Shown one piece after another: positions 34,690-46,495 of a DNA stretch of 64,000 nt. The notes beneath the pieces are model-generated. The model saw only the letters and a program-made list of their open reading frames with translations, was not told the DNA's origin and did no database searches. The stretch is from Takakia lepidozioides (Eukaryota; Plantae; Bryophyta). The translations under genes were made by a program, and so were the position numbers. The stretch lies in the NCBI GenBank assembly GCA_030704615.1, contig CM060733.1, forward strand, positions 496,001-560,000, in the 5' to 3' direction. The stretch's first letter is position 1, and each line of letters starts with the position of its first letter.

Positions 34690-34995
34690 GCTGAGCCATG
34701 CCTTGGATACATCATGCTTTATATGTCCCCACTTTGTCTCTAGAGACCGAGCTGGATGAGCACCGCAGCCTTGAGGAATGTGTACGTTATAATGTGCTCC
34801 GACTCTCCCCCAGAATGTTTGGTTCTTCTGCCCGTTGCCGGTAGAAGGATCTTGGTTGATGTGCAGATAACTTCTACAAAGTTGTCTTTCCTCATTATCG
34901 TTAAAATTCTTGCACTTCGTCGCTCTCGATCTACCAGGCGCAAGTGGAAGAACAGGCGATGCCGCTGTAGGGAGTTGGGAAGTTTCAACGGCCAC
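34690..34995 (-). pseudogene. Myb/SANT-like DNA-binding domain fragment of PIF/Harbinger (Pong ORF1) type
   Basis: FNDNEERQLCRSYLHINQDPSTGNGQKNQTFWGRVGAHYN...RSLETKWGHIKHDVSK matches the Harbinger-associated Myb pattern; truncated. Confidence 0.7.
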
Positions 34996-35850
34996 TTGCG
35001 CTTTTCCTGATGCAGATGCGAGGAAGGACTGTCAGGCCATCGGACAACGTGACCGTTGGCCCCACCAAGTCTGACAGATAGCATGCGAACTTCTCGCTCA
35101 GCAAATTGGCAATAGCTGTCGTGGGAAAGAGCCATACTTTAAGCGGGGACGGGGGCTTACCGCGCTTGGCGGTGCTGCTGGGGACGCGGGAAGGCACGGG
35201 GTGCATCATTTTGAAGTTGGCGCGCCTACTTTTGGCACTGCTGGGCATGCTTTTACTCTCACCTTCCTCTTATGTTTAGCCAAAGCAAGAGAGCCCATCG
35301 CCGTTTTAGGCTTGTTTTACATGAATTTGGACACCTTCTACTAGGACTGGTCATTTTGTTGGAGAGAGAAGAGTTACGTCCTTCCTTGGTTTTGTCCTTC
35401 ACTACTTGGGTGTGTGTGCTTAAGGGGGGGTTTTCATTCCCCATCTTACATAACGTTGAGGACGGTCAAGGTTTTTGGACGGTCAGGATCTCGTCTGTGG
35501 GATGTAAATTTCAGCAAGTAATGAGGCAGCACACTGGGGTTTGAAGTTGAACCAGACCCACAGGCCAGGGCCATATAGCCTGTTGCATGTATATGAATTA
35601 CTAAAGAAAGTAAAACAAGGAACAATGATAAGATATATTAATACTCTATAAATTTATGGAAAAAAACAAATTGGTTTGTTCAATATATGATTGTATATAC
35701 AGAAGTATTAATATAAACTTATAACTTTTTCACCAAATTCCAATCTGTGAATCACATTACATTGTTACTCATTTTGTTCATGTTTACAATATTTTTTAAA
35801 CATTAGTTCCTCATGTACCACACATTCTTTGTAAGTAAACAAACATCCAA

Positions 35851-35917
35851 GGGCCTGATTTATGAGCCGTCGCTCTAGGTGTTTCCCTTTAGGCAACAAA
35901 ATATAAAATAAAAAAAT
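35851..35917 (+). mobile_element. Tail-only retroposed copy of the SINE family
   Basis: GGGCCTGATTTATGAGCCGTCGCTCTAGGTGTTTCCC plus an A-rich tail, flanked by a 12-bp TSD ACAAACATCCAA (35839-35850, 35918-35929). Confidence 0.75.
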
Positions 35918-36404
35918 ACAAACATCCAACTTCATTTTAGTATATCGATTTCAATTTTTTACACATGGGCCTCGACATATGAGACGCACATGCATACATA
36001 GGGGATTGCACTTGGACTCAGATGACCCAGGCCCATGGCCACGTGATAGCAGTGCTGCTCGTCGCGGCGCTACCACGTCGTCGTCCACGTCCGCATCCAT
36101 GTGTCACCGCGGTCCGATGAGTCATTCCACTCATGCAGAGAGAAAAGTCAAAGTCAGCCCAAAAGGTCATATGCACGGACGGCTAGCCTGGTTACGCCAC
36201 TTGTTGATTCAGCAATAATCGCAATTATCGTTGAGCAGTCGTTCATGCGTCTGCGTCCGCTACTACTCCAATCATTGGATGTCCAATCCAACTTCCATGT
36301 CTGTTGTAACTAGTCGTTTACCACTTCAGTCGATTTCGTGTTTTTTGTCTTTTTCGACTCAAAATGAGTTGTTTCCCCAGACGTAACAAACACGAATGCT
36401 TGTT

Positions 36405-37633
36405 GTGCACCATGCCCATGTGGAGTTGGGACATTTTGGGGTGCGGCGCTGCAAGGACAATATTAGTGGTGGGGCATGCACACGGATGTGCAACAGTTAG
36501 TGGCAAGGTGCATGGTGTGTAATAGAGTGCGGACTCCTTTCAATGCACCTACTCCACAATTGCATCATTTACCCATTATGGATTTGGGCTATCGTTGGAG
36601 TCTTGATTTCGCAGGCCCATTGCCACTAACGATTCGCCATAACAAATATGTGTTGGTGATGGTGGAACATTTCTCCAAGTGGATTGAATTGGTGGCATTG
36701 CTTGACAAGGCAAGTGAGGGGGCTGCGTATGCATTCTTAGATCGAGTGCTTAGCCAATTTGGTGCTCCAGCCGAGGTACTCACGGACCAGGGGAGAGAGT
36801 TCTTGGGGGAGTTTCAGGCTTTGTGTGAGCAAGCCTTGATAGATCACCGCACTACTTCTCGGGATCAGCAGAGAGGGTTGTGCAAATAGTCAAGCGAGGC
36901 TTGTGCAAGTATGGCTTGCAAAATAGACACTTGGGAGATTGGGACCTTCAGCTACCTTGGTTGGCCCTGGGCTACAAAGTTTAGCAAGCAAGCATCACTT
37001 GCCTCGTTCTCGCCTTATTTCCTTCTCTTTGGCCGAGAGCCAAATTTGCCTGCATCTATTCGCAGGGAGACTGCAGTAGTCCTCAACCTTGATGATCCGG
37101 ATGTGTGGACACAAGCATGTGCCCAGCGGGCAGAGTTGTTCAAGAGAGTCATGCCTATGGCTTTTGATAACCTTGCTATTGCCCAACACCAAGACACATT
37201 GTGGTACGTCACTATACGTGGAGAGGGATATCGGCCAGGTGTTCGGCGTTTTCATCCTGGGGACTATGTGTATCTGCAGCAGACAACACCCACGACCTTG
37301 GATGTCAGAGCAGGTCATGTGATTCTAAGGGTCCGGGAGGTGTTGCCTTCAGGAGTATTGATTCTGGAGGGTCAAGATGACATGGTATGGAAGGACCACG
37401 TGCGCAATTGTGCATCATGTGACCTTCCACATGTGGATGGGAGGATAGATCCTAACCTTGCAGTGGTACCTGTAGGGTTGCGTTGCATGTTATGTGGACA
37501 TGCTGGTGGTGCCGCGACCATGTTGGTGTGTGACAAATGCTCAAGGGGGTGGCACATGGGATGCTTGACACCGCCACTTGAGGAGGTTCCTAGTGGAGAA
37601 TGGTTGTGTCCACAATGCCTTGGACAAAGGTAG
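36405..37633 (+). pseudogene. Ty3/gypsy integrase with C-terminal PHD finger (frameshifted)
   Basis: HVELGHFG...CMVC zinc-binding part, WSLDFAGP, VLTDQGREF, SPYFLLFGR, and PHD CMLCGH...LVCDKCSRGWHMGCLTPPLEEVPSGEWLCPQC. Confidence 0.9.
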
Positions 37634-37869
37634 TGGGGCATGACAGTGGTGAGGTTGACAAATGATCTAAGGTCTAGCTAACGGGAGTTCAATGCCATGT
37701 GGCATGGACACCCAATTGAAGCCATGGATTGCAGGAAGGCGAGTAACGATGGGGCTACTTTTGCACCCGGCCTCTTGATCTATTGACTTCAGATCCGTGA
37801 TCTTATTGGGATGGATACTTGTCAGCTATCCGGTAATAGAGGGACCTAATCACCAGCTAGGGGGGCGAT

Positions 37870-38315
37870 TGTGGTATAGCTTTCTAGGATTGTGTGCTTA
37901 GATTGTGTGGTGTACAGCGATGTATGTTGTGGCACGATGCTTAGGTGCACGACAACTGTCATGGTTTTAGTCATGGTTATCTAGAATTACCTACTTCTAG
38001 TTAACTAGGACATTTTAGATATTTATATTTATATTTTGTGTGTTGGGACTTCATTTGGTCTCACATGCCAAGTGAGATATCGAGCCTCACTTGGGACAAG
38101 GGGATAGGTTTTCCCCTTGTGAGGATGGAGGAGGCTCATCTTCTTGTAGTTGAGCCTCCATGAGCCTCTCTCACCTCCATAGGTATTGAGAGGGAGTGTG
38201 GTGAGGGCTTTGTAGGGTGGATTCCCTTAGCAAGGGTGCCCTTGGCTTGACTTAGTTTATGTGATTGAGTGGTTCATGAGTGAAATGTTTCCAATTATGT
38301 TCACTTTCATTATCA
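37870..38315 (+). mobile_element. 3' LTR of the Ty3/gypsy element, followed by the first ~85 bp of a second LTR (38317-38401)
   Basis: Preceded by a purine tract AGGGGGGCGAT; starts TGTGGTATAG and ends TTATCA; the start sequence recurs at 38317. Confidence 0.75.
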
Positions 38316-38789
38316 TTGTGGTATAGCTTTCTAGGATTGTGTGCTTAGATTGTGTGGTGGACAACGATGTATGTTGTGGCACGATGCTTAGGTGCACAAC
38401 ATACCTATCATTGGATTCACATTGATTCTGGAAGAAAATACGAAGCACCTCACTTGTGGCATTGGGAAGCAACATACTTCGCCAGAGTGTCGCGCATTTT
38501 TTTTATGTCCATTCCTTTACGTAATCTAGATGCATCTAATATATAGACATCTAATCTAGAAACATCTACACGTGCACATGCAATGACCGTGTAGGCCGTC
38601 CCCCCATGTAGCCTCTGCGGGCAGGCCCCTACTAGTGTGCTAGTTTCACGCCCCCTATTCCTGCTCTAGTTCTCGTTCCCCATTTGTCGATTTTTTTTTT
38701 TTGGTTCATGCAGAATTCAACATGATAATTTAGGGCCAACTGTGATAAGAGGGAAAAACAGGGTGAAATGTGTTGAAGAAGGTGCATTT

Positions 38790-39200
38790 CATTAGCAGTG
38801 TCGTAATGGATCAATTGTGTCGCTGCTGTTGCGGCTTCCACTTGACCATGTACCCATGCAGGTTTCTTGTAGCTATCCTTCCACAATGAATCATATGTAA
38901 TCTAGAGCTTGAAATCCGGCCTTCTTGGATGAATCTGGACCCACACTCTATCCCTGCTCCTTCAGCTATCCATGCCTCTGCACAGATCATGCATACATCC
39001 TTGCCTTGCTGCTAGCAGCTGACAATGACAGCCTAGAACTCTTCCAGCAAACACCCCAACCTACTTCACACTAGTTCCTATGCTGACTTGCGTCTGCTTC
39101 CAACAGGCATACACCTTTTTGCCTCGGTTGTCCCACCATTGACTGGGGTCAGAAAAGTATTCATTCCATAGCTTCTCCTCATCTCTATTACCTATTTTTG
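38790..39200 (-). pseudogene. OSB-type PDF motif (organellar ssDNA-binding repeat) split by an intron, with an in-frame stop
   Basis: EEKLWNEYFSDPSQWWDNRGKK|IHPRRPDFKL*ITYDSLWKDSYKKPAWV after removing a GT-AG intron at 38935-39114. Confidence 0.75.
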
Positions 39201-39659
39201 GACACTTTCCTGTTGCCACATTGGCAGCATCATGTCAAAGTCACTCCAAACTAGATTCACTCAACCAGCGTACTTGCAGAATTCAACATGAAAAATTAGG
39301 GACGACTCTGATAACAGGGAAAACAGGCTGAAATGTGTTGAAGAAGGTGCCTTCATTAGTGGTGCCTGGTTCTATCAATTGTGCTTCTGCCGCTGCTGTT
39401 TCCAGTTGACCATCTACCCATGCAGATCCACCCAACGAGCTAAAATACAGAATTCAACATGCAAATTCAGGGACGAGTCTGATGAGAGGACAAAACAGGC
39501 TGAAATAGGCTGAAGAAGAAGGTGTCATTAACTGTGGAGACCTCCAAGTTTCTTGCAAGTTGCCGAGCACCTGTTACAAATCTGCATCCACAGGGCTCCA
39601 TTCTGTAAGTTAGATTGTATGTGCAAGCAAGCACATACAACGTGATCAAAGTCACAGTG

Positions 39660-41590
39660 TTGAAACTCCCTTAGCATCCTCGACGCACCCACATTTTGCA
39701 AACATGTCCACCAGGGTATTGTTCAGAATGACATTTGGTACAATTCCAACTCTGAAGATGTCGCCATGTACCTCTTTCCCCTTTTCCAGAGTTGCCAGGG
39801 CAATGTTCAGAATGACATTTGGTACAATTCCAGCTTTGATGATATCCCCATGCACCTCTTTGCCCTAGTCCAGGGCTCGATGCACCCACATTTTGCATAC
39901 ATGTCCACCAGGGTATTGTTCAGAATGACATTTGGTACAATTCCAGCTCTGAAGATGTGGCCATGGACCTCTTTCCCCTTTTCCAGAGCTGTCAGGGCAA
40001 TGTTCAAAATGACATTTGGTACGATTCCAGCTTTGATGATATCCCCATGCACCTCTTTGCCCTTGTCCAGGGCTCCCAGGCTTGCACAAGCATTGAAAAT
40101 GCACACAAACATGATGTGGCCGGGCTTCACCCCTTCCCCCATCATTTGATCATAGAACACCAAAGCCTTCACCCCACGTCCTTGTTGTGCATACCCTGCA
40201 AGCATCGTGTTCCACGACACCACATCTTGTTCAGCGTGACATATGATATATACAATTCCAGCTTTCACGATTCACCATGGACCTCTTTCCCCTTTTCCAG
40301 GGCTCCCAGGCTTGCACACACATTGCAAACACAAACAGATGTGATGTGGTTGGGCTTCACCCCTTCGTGCAGCATTTGCTCATGTCTCCAAAGCATTCCT
40401 ACCACACCCATGCTTGGTAAATCCTGCCAACATTGCATTCCACGTGCTCAAAGATCGTTGAGGCATTCCATTGAACACTTGGTGAGCATTCATGATGCTC
40501 CCGCACTTAACATACATGTTGACAAGGGTGTTGAGGAGAAAAACACTTGGCGTGAATCCACTTTGGATAACGTGGGTGTGCACCTACTTTCCAGCTTCCA
40601 GACCTTTCATCTTGATGCACTTAAGCAAGAGTCAGACATACATATCTGAATCTGCTGAAATGCTCCTTGGTTTAAAGGATGTAGAGAATCTTTCAGTCTG
40701 CCTGCCTCACGAAGCATCTTCACATGCCTAGAAGAGCCAGAAGAGGCATTATGGACTCCATCTCTTGATCCTCTTTCAAAAGCCAACAAGCTAACTTACA
40801 GAATTCAATATGCATCTCAGGGCCGAGTCTGATGAGTGGGAAAAATAGGCTGAAATAGGTTGAAGAAGAAGGTGCCCTCACCACATTGTCCTCGACCTTG
40901 TGTTCCAGCTTTGACGATGCAACCATGGACCTCTTTGCCCTTCTCCAGCAGGCTCGCACATGCATTGCAAAGCAAACAAACGTAATGTGGTCGGGCTTCA
41001 CCCCCTCCCACATCATTTGCTCATAGGTCTCCAAAACCTCCAATCCCCGCCCCTGTTGTGCATGTCCAACGATCATCACGTTCCACGACACCACATTTCA
41101 CTCAGCCATATTGTTAAACACTCCCTTTGCATCTTCAATGCTCCCACGTTTGGCGTACATGTCCACGAGGGTATTGTTCATAATGACATCTGGTAGAGTT
41201 CTAGCTTTGACGATGTCACGATGGATCTCTTTGCCCTTTACCAGGTCTGCAGGTCTCCAGGTTTTCAGGGCTGCCAAGTTTGCACATGCATTGCAAACAC
41301 AAATGAACGTGACCCGGTCAGGCTGCACCCCTTCCCGCAATATTTGCTCATATGTCTCCAATGCCCTCATCTCGCACACATGCTGGCCATATCTTGCGAT
41401 TAGCGTGTTCCATGAGACAACATCTCGTTTAGCCATGTTCTCAAACTCTCCCTTCGCAGCTTCGATGCTGCCACATTTGGCATACATGTCCACCAGGGTA
41501 TTGTTCGCAATGACATCTGGTTCAATTCCAGCTTTGATGATGTCACCATGGACCTCTTTGCCCTTTTGCAGGGCTGCCAGGCTCACACAG
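39660..41590 (-). pseudogene. PLS-class pentatricopeptide-repeat gene fragments, internally duplicated and frameshifted
   Basis: Repeated NTLVDMYAKCGSIEAAKGEFENMAKRDVVSWNTLI, GVKPDHITFVC...ACASLGALEKGKEVHG. Confidence 0.88.
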
Positions 41591-42388
41591 GCATCTGCTA
41601 AGGCAACACGCACCTGACAGGGCACTACCTTGCTTCCTCTTGCCAACAGCTTCTTCCAACTTCTTGATATGAGTGTGGACTGCAGAGAGTTCAGTCCCAA
41701 GCAGACGCTTCTCTTCCATGGCATGGTGATCCTGCAGGAGGACCGCCGCCTTCACCATTGCTGCTTACACCCTCCTTGCGCTTCGAGCTATGGCGTCCCT
41801 CCTCTGACCGCGACCCTGATGTCACACACTTCTGAGAAGCCACTACCTGCACTCGCAGTATACGAAGGTCCTCCACAGTCTGGATTCGGCCAGGGCCGCA
41901 TTCTTCCATCCTGCCATGTTCTCTCCCAGCACGACCATCCATGTCACTTCCAGGTGGAGCCAGTACATATTAAAATATCTATTCCCCGACGGACTTTCAT
42001 TGTTCACCTCTTTTTGTGAAGCACACGTCAACAAATGTGCCCCCCAATCCCGAGTGCAATCAATGCACAGTGGTTTATGGAGTCGCCCACTCGACTGTAT
42101 ACTCATTTTAATGAATAAATATTTTAAATCTCTAGTGGCATGTGAAGTAATTAGAACCACTTGTAATTGCCGTTTTTTTTTATAAAAAAAAAATCGTAAT
42201 TGAATTAAATAGCCGCGATTATTGCAACGACTGCAGACTCATTCACGCAACTTCTATCCAACATTACAAATGTCCTTGTGGGCCTTCATTGTCCGTTATG
42301 ACTCTCCAGTAGTAACGCGGACTGCGAAGTTTTTCACACAGTGGTTTCGGACATGCAATCGACTCGAAAAAAACACGAATGCTTGTTG

Positions 42389-42680
42389 TGGCGTACCAAT
42401 CGCGCTCGTTGTGTTGGATGAGGTACAATCCTTACTCGTCCATCCTCCCATACTCGGAGTAGGTGAGTCCACTCCCACTTGAATCTCTTGGCTCGTTGTA
42501 GGATCCGATCTCTCTCCTTAGCAGTCACACTGGCTGTTGTCTCTCCAGTATGAAGATAGGCCAACACTGGTGCATCTTCATGCACATCCTTAGCACCACC
42601 AAGCTCCTCACTGATCTCTAGATCGTCATGCACACTATCTCTATGACCAATCACATGGGATGGACCAGCTTTAGCTCCCG
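42389..42680 (-). pseudogene. Ty3/gypsy pol segment linking RNase H to integrase (displaced)
   Basis: DVHEDAPVLAYL...KERDRILQRAKRFKW...RIVPHPTQRARLVRH stops exactly where the integrase piece at 36405 begins (VHHAHVELGH). Confidence 0.7.
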
Positions 42681-42689
42681 CGGAGGATT

Positions 42690-43450
42690 TGGATCGGCAT
42701 GGTCCCATTGACTTGGTGATAGGAGGGTGGCCTTACCAATGACATTCTCCCGTAGGTCATGGTAATGGTTTGCATGATGCACGATCGCATCTGTTTTGGG
42801 AGATGTTGTGAGTGTTGCGTGATTTGCAGGTGAGACAAGTGCAACCTCTAGCTTACATCCTCGAGAATGTTCCTCTCATGGGGATTCTCGGGCCAGGGTT
42901 ATGGCATTATCGGGCCAGTGTGCATTAGATCCGATCATGGATTAGACCAGCTGTATTGTTGGATGCAGTTGTAGTGGGTTCACGGGCACATAGGCCTAGG
43001 TTGTGGTGGACCAATCTTGCACCACCAGTTTTGCTCAAGAGAGCCTATGATTCCATTCAACGGCCACCCAACCTCACGGTTGAGGGCATTTTGGACCAAG
43101 GGAGGCAACCACAGAGAGTGCGACATGATGATCGTCCACCTTTGGTGGTGGTCAATCGAGTGGGGCAACCACGTGCGACCTTGCCTACACTCATGAGTTT
43201 TCCATTCCCAAGCCTAAACTAGGAAGTGTTCCACCTCGTCTCATGTTTTTCGAGACAATGGTCCAAGGTTGATTTGGGACAATGTGCTACCGCAATTGGT
43301 GGAGCCTAGCGGATGAGCGAGAGCGAGCAATGGGGTTTACCACGAGTACTACAGCTGTGTCAGCTCTGTCAGAGGCATCGCGACGCCAGGTGTTGGGTCA
43401 GACAATGGATTTCAATTGCTTGACATGGGTCATTGGCTTGTGCATGGCTG
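42690..43450 (+). pseudogene. Cytosine-5 DNA methyltransferase domain (DNMT3/DRM-like) embedded in Ty3/gypsy pol; motif I missing
   Basis: Motif IV GPIDLVIGGWPYQ (42701-42739; PC mutated to PY), motif VI YILENV (ENV 42863-42871, same frame), motif VIII SRAHRPRLWWTN, motif IX ERERAMGF, motif X RRQVLGQTMD. Confidence 0.85.
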
Positions 43451-43879
43451 AGCAACGGAGATTGCAAACATTGGTGGCTATTTCTACACTTCCATTGGAT
43501 ATTGCACCATCTCTACCAACCGGGACGGTGGAGGCAGTGAGTGGGGGCGAGCACAGGATCGGGGGGTGCAAACACCCATGGTAGATGTGGGATGAGATGC
43601 ACAAAGAGAGATCATTGGATCTCTCAAGCAGCAATATGAGGAGTGGGGAGAGCCATACACTGAGGATCAATTGGAGGCCAAGGTGGCTAAGGATTTTGAA
43701 GAGGTTGCGGATGTTTCTTGCATAAAGGATGTTCTCAAGGTGGCTATGGCGGAGCAAGTGGAGGCTACGCCACAGTCAGGGTGGGCGGACAAGGCCCAAG
43801 AGGTTGCTATCTAGCAAGCAAAGGATGCATCTCCTACCTCCAAGCCTGGTGTACCCAAGGTTGCACTCACTGAGGACAA

Positions 43880-45385
43880 TTGGGAACCAGATGTTGGACC
43901 TACAGTCACCGGAGGAGAGAGACAGAGGATCCAGCGATTTCTAAGGGCTTATAGAAATGGCTTTGCCTTCGGTTTGAAGGATTTGGGGAGCTTGAAGGGC
44001 CAGGAGATTTGGCAAGTGACACACCAATTTTTTAAAGGCCCTACAGGTGTAGTGACATGGAAAGGTCTTTGATCCAGTCACAGACTATGGAGTTGTTCGA
44101 AGCTGGATTGGTGGAGTTGTCAGGCGGGAAGTATGTCTCGGCAACGGTGATGCCAGCTAAGAAGGATATCTATGGCAATTGGACAGAAAGAAGGATGTGT
44201 AGGAACTATCGTCCTGTGAACCGTAAGACTAAGTCCGATAGATATGTCATGTCAACTCCAGAGGAAATCTTTGATGCCATTGGGCATGTGAAGGTGTGTA
44301 GCACATTGGACTTACGATCGGGTTATCACCAGTTGCCAATCAAAGAGGCTGACAAGCAAAAGATGGCATTCTGGGGGATTGACCAACATGGGAAGGATTG
44401 CTTGTACCAATGGCGGTTCCTATCGTTTGGGTTGAAGAATGCTCCTGCAGAGTTTCAGAGGGTCATGGATAGGATTCTTGCGGGGCTAGACTTTGCCCGG
44501 TCTTACATTGATGACATCATTATCTTTAGTGCTACGTTTGAAGAGCACGAGAGACACCTTCAGATGATATTTGAGCACTTGAGAGCGCATGGGTTGAAAT
44601 TGCACCCTGGGAAGTGCAAGTTCTTCCACAACCAGATTGAGTATCTAGGCCACATGATATACCCTGGAGGATTGGGTGTCCAAAAGACGAACGTGGAGGC
44701 CATTGCACACATTCCACGCCCCATAGATGTAAGCAGAGTTCGTGCTTTCATGGGGTTGGCAAACTACTATTGTCGGTTTGTCAAGGGATTTAGCAGCATT
44801 GCAAAGGCTCTTACCAAGTTGACCAAGGTGGGTCAGGAGTGGTAGTGGAAGGAGGAGCAGGAGGAAGCCTTTGAGGAACTCAAGGCTCGATTGACTTCTG
44901 CACCTATTTTGAGGCGGCCTATTCGGGGGCGGTCTTTCCAGCTACATACGGATTGGAGCAGTGCTCACATAGGTGGATGATGAGGGAAGAGAGTTCGTAG
45001 TGGCATATGCTAGCCACTCGAACAATGATGCCGAGGCGAAGTATAGTTCCTACGAAGGGGAGTGTCTAGTTGCAGTATGGGCAGTGACACATTTTAGATG
45101 CTACTCTATGACAATCTCTTCACCCTTGTCATGGATCACCAACCATTGAAGTGGTTGATGGAGTCCGACAAGCTTACAGGAAAGCTTGCACGGTGGGCAC
45201 TTATGCTTCAAGAGTACGACTTCTAGGTGGTGCATCGAGCCGGAATAGTCAACCGAGATGCGGATGGATTGAGTCGCAATCCATGCACAAGTGAGCTTGA
45301 TGATACAGAGCTCATTGGCATGGTGAGACGGACAAGGAGATGGTGCCAAGATGGCACGCATCTGCCTTTTTGTACATTCTAGCAA
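43880..45385 (+). pseudogene. Ty3/gypsy reverse transcriptase and RNase H (stops and frameshifts)
   Basis: STLDLRSGYHQL, FGLKNAPAEFQR, YIDD, YLGH, LHTDWS, YEGECL, DHQPLKWL. Confidence 0.93.
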
Positions 45386-45389
45386 GGGC

Positions 45390-46495
45390 ACACACTCGTC
45401 TGCTACTCGATGCAAATTCCCAGCCGTACCCCACAGTGGAATATGCATAGGCACATGAGGAAGCAACTCAACCTTGTATGCCAATTGCTTGTCCTCATCA
45501 GGTGGTGGCCTATCATCTACATGGTTATTGCCCTCCAAGAGCTCACCACCCCAAGCCACCACACCTGAGAATACAGCCAATGTTGGCATCATGTTCCTAT
45601 GATCCACTGCTACATTCCCAATAAACCGCACTGGGAGCAGTGCACGTCGGTCGTCCCCTGACTGCCACTCCGGCCTATAGGATGCCGTTTCCTCCCAAAA
45701 GTCCAGAGTAAATCCCATTGGGTATAACACAACCCCACCAGCAAGCATTTCATAGGACATCGCATCCGTAACAATGGCTTTGGCTCTCATGACTGAGCCA
45801 TCCATAGGATGATCTGGCTATAGTCGAATGAAGAGCTCATGGCGTGTGATCCCTCGCGCCTTCTCTGAACCACCTAAAGACGTCTGAATCTGGAAAGGGC
45901 AAGGCTCCAAATCCGCCTCTGTAAGGCCCAAGCCTACAACTGCTGCTCTCCCCAACATCAATGGCTGTGCCCCCGAATCCAATAAGACTCGAAGTGGCCT
46001 ATACCTCCTCTTGGCTGGGCCACTCAACTGAAACACTCCATCCTGACTGTCCACCAGGACTACTCCAGGAGTCACCATGATGCGCTCAATGGCTAGCCTA
46101 GCTGACAACTCCTGCAACCGTGCAGCTGCCGCTTGCCATGGCGCAGGTGTGCCTGTCTTTACCCTTGAATCCAAGGCATCCATGCACTGTACCTTATCCG
46201 CTATCCCCGTAGATAGTGCCGATGCATCACCACTCTCATAGAGTCTAGCTGCTAGTTTGAACACAGCAGCTGGCCGAATCCCCGGCATTGCAATTGTCAT
46301 TGCAGAAAACAATGGAGCTTGGCAAACTGCCGTAGCCGCCCCCAATCAACAATATACCGGCTGCACCTTGCTTTGTAGCACCACCCACTGGCATTTCCCA
46401 AGCCACACTAACTCTCCCCAAAGACACTCGTGGCTCTATCTCTGACACACTTGAGCGAGTAGGTGCCATTGATGGCGTAGGTGGCACTGTCTCAG
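45390..46495 (-). pseudogene. Ty3/gypsy gag C-terminus and aspartic protease, opposite strand to RT; cut by the CACTA end
   Basis: LRVLLDSGAQPLMLG active-site motif, followed by YEMLAGGVVLYPMGFTLDF. Confidence 0.75.

Noticed and set aside
38790-38870. PPR E domain (VHGQVEAA...)
   Set aside because: The upstream context WWDNR...PDFK...LW...PAWV shows it is the end of a PDF motif.
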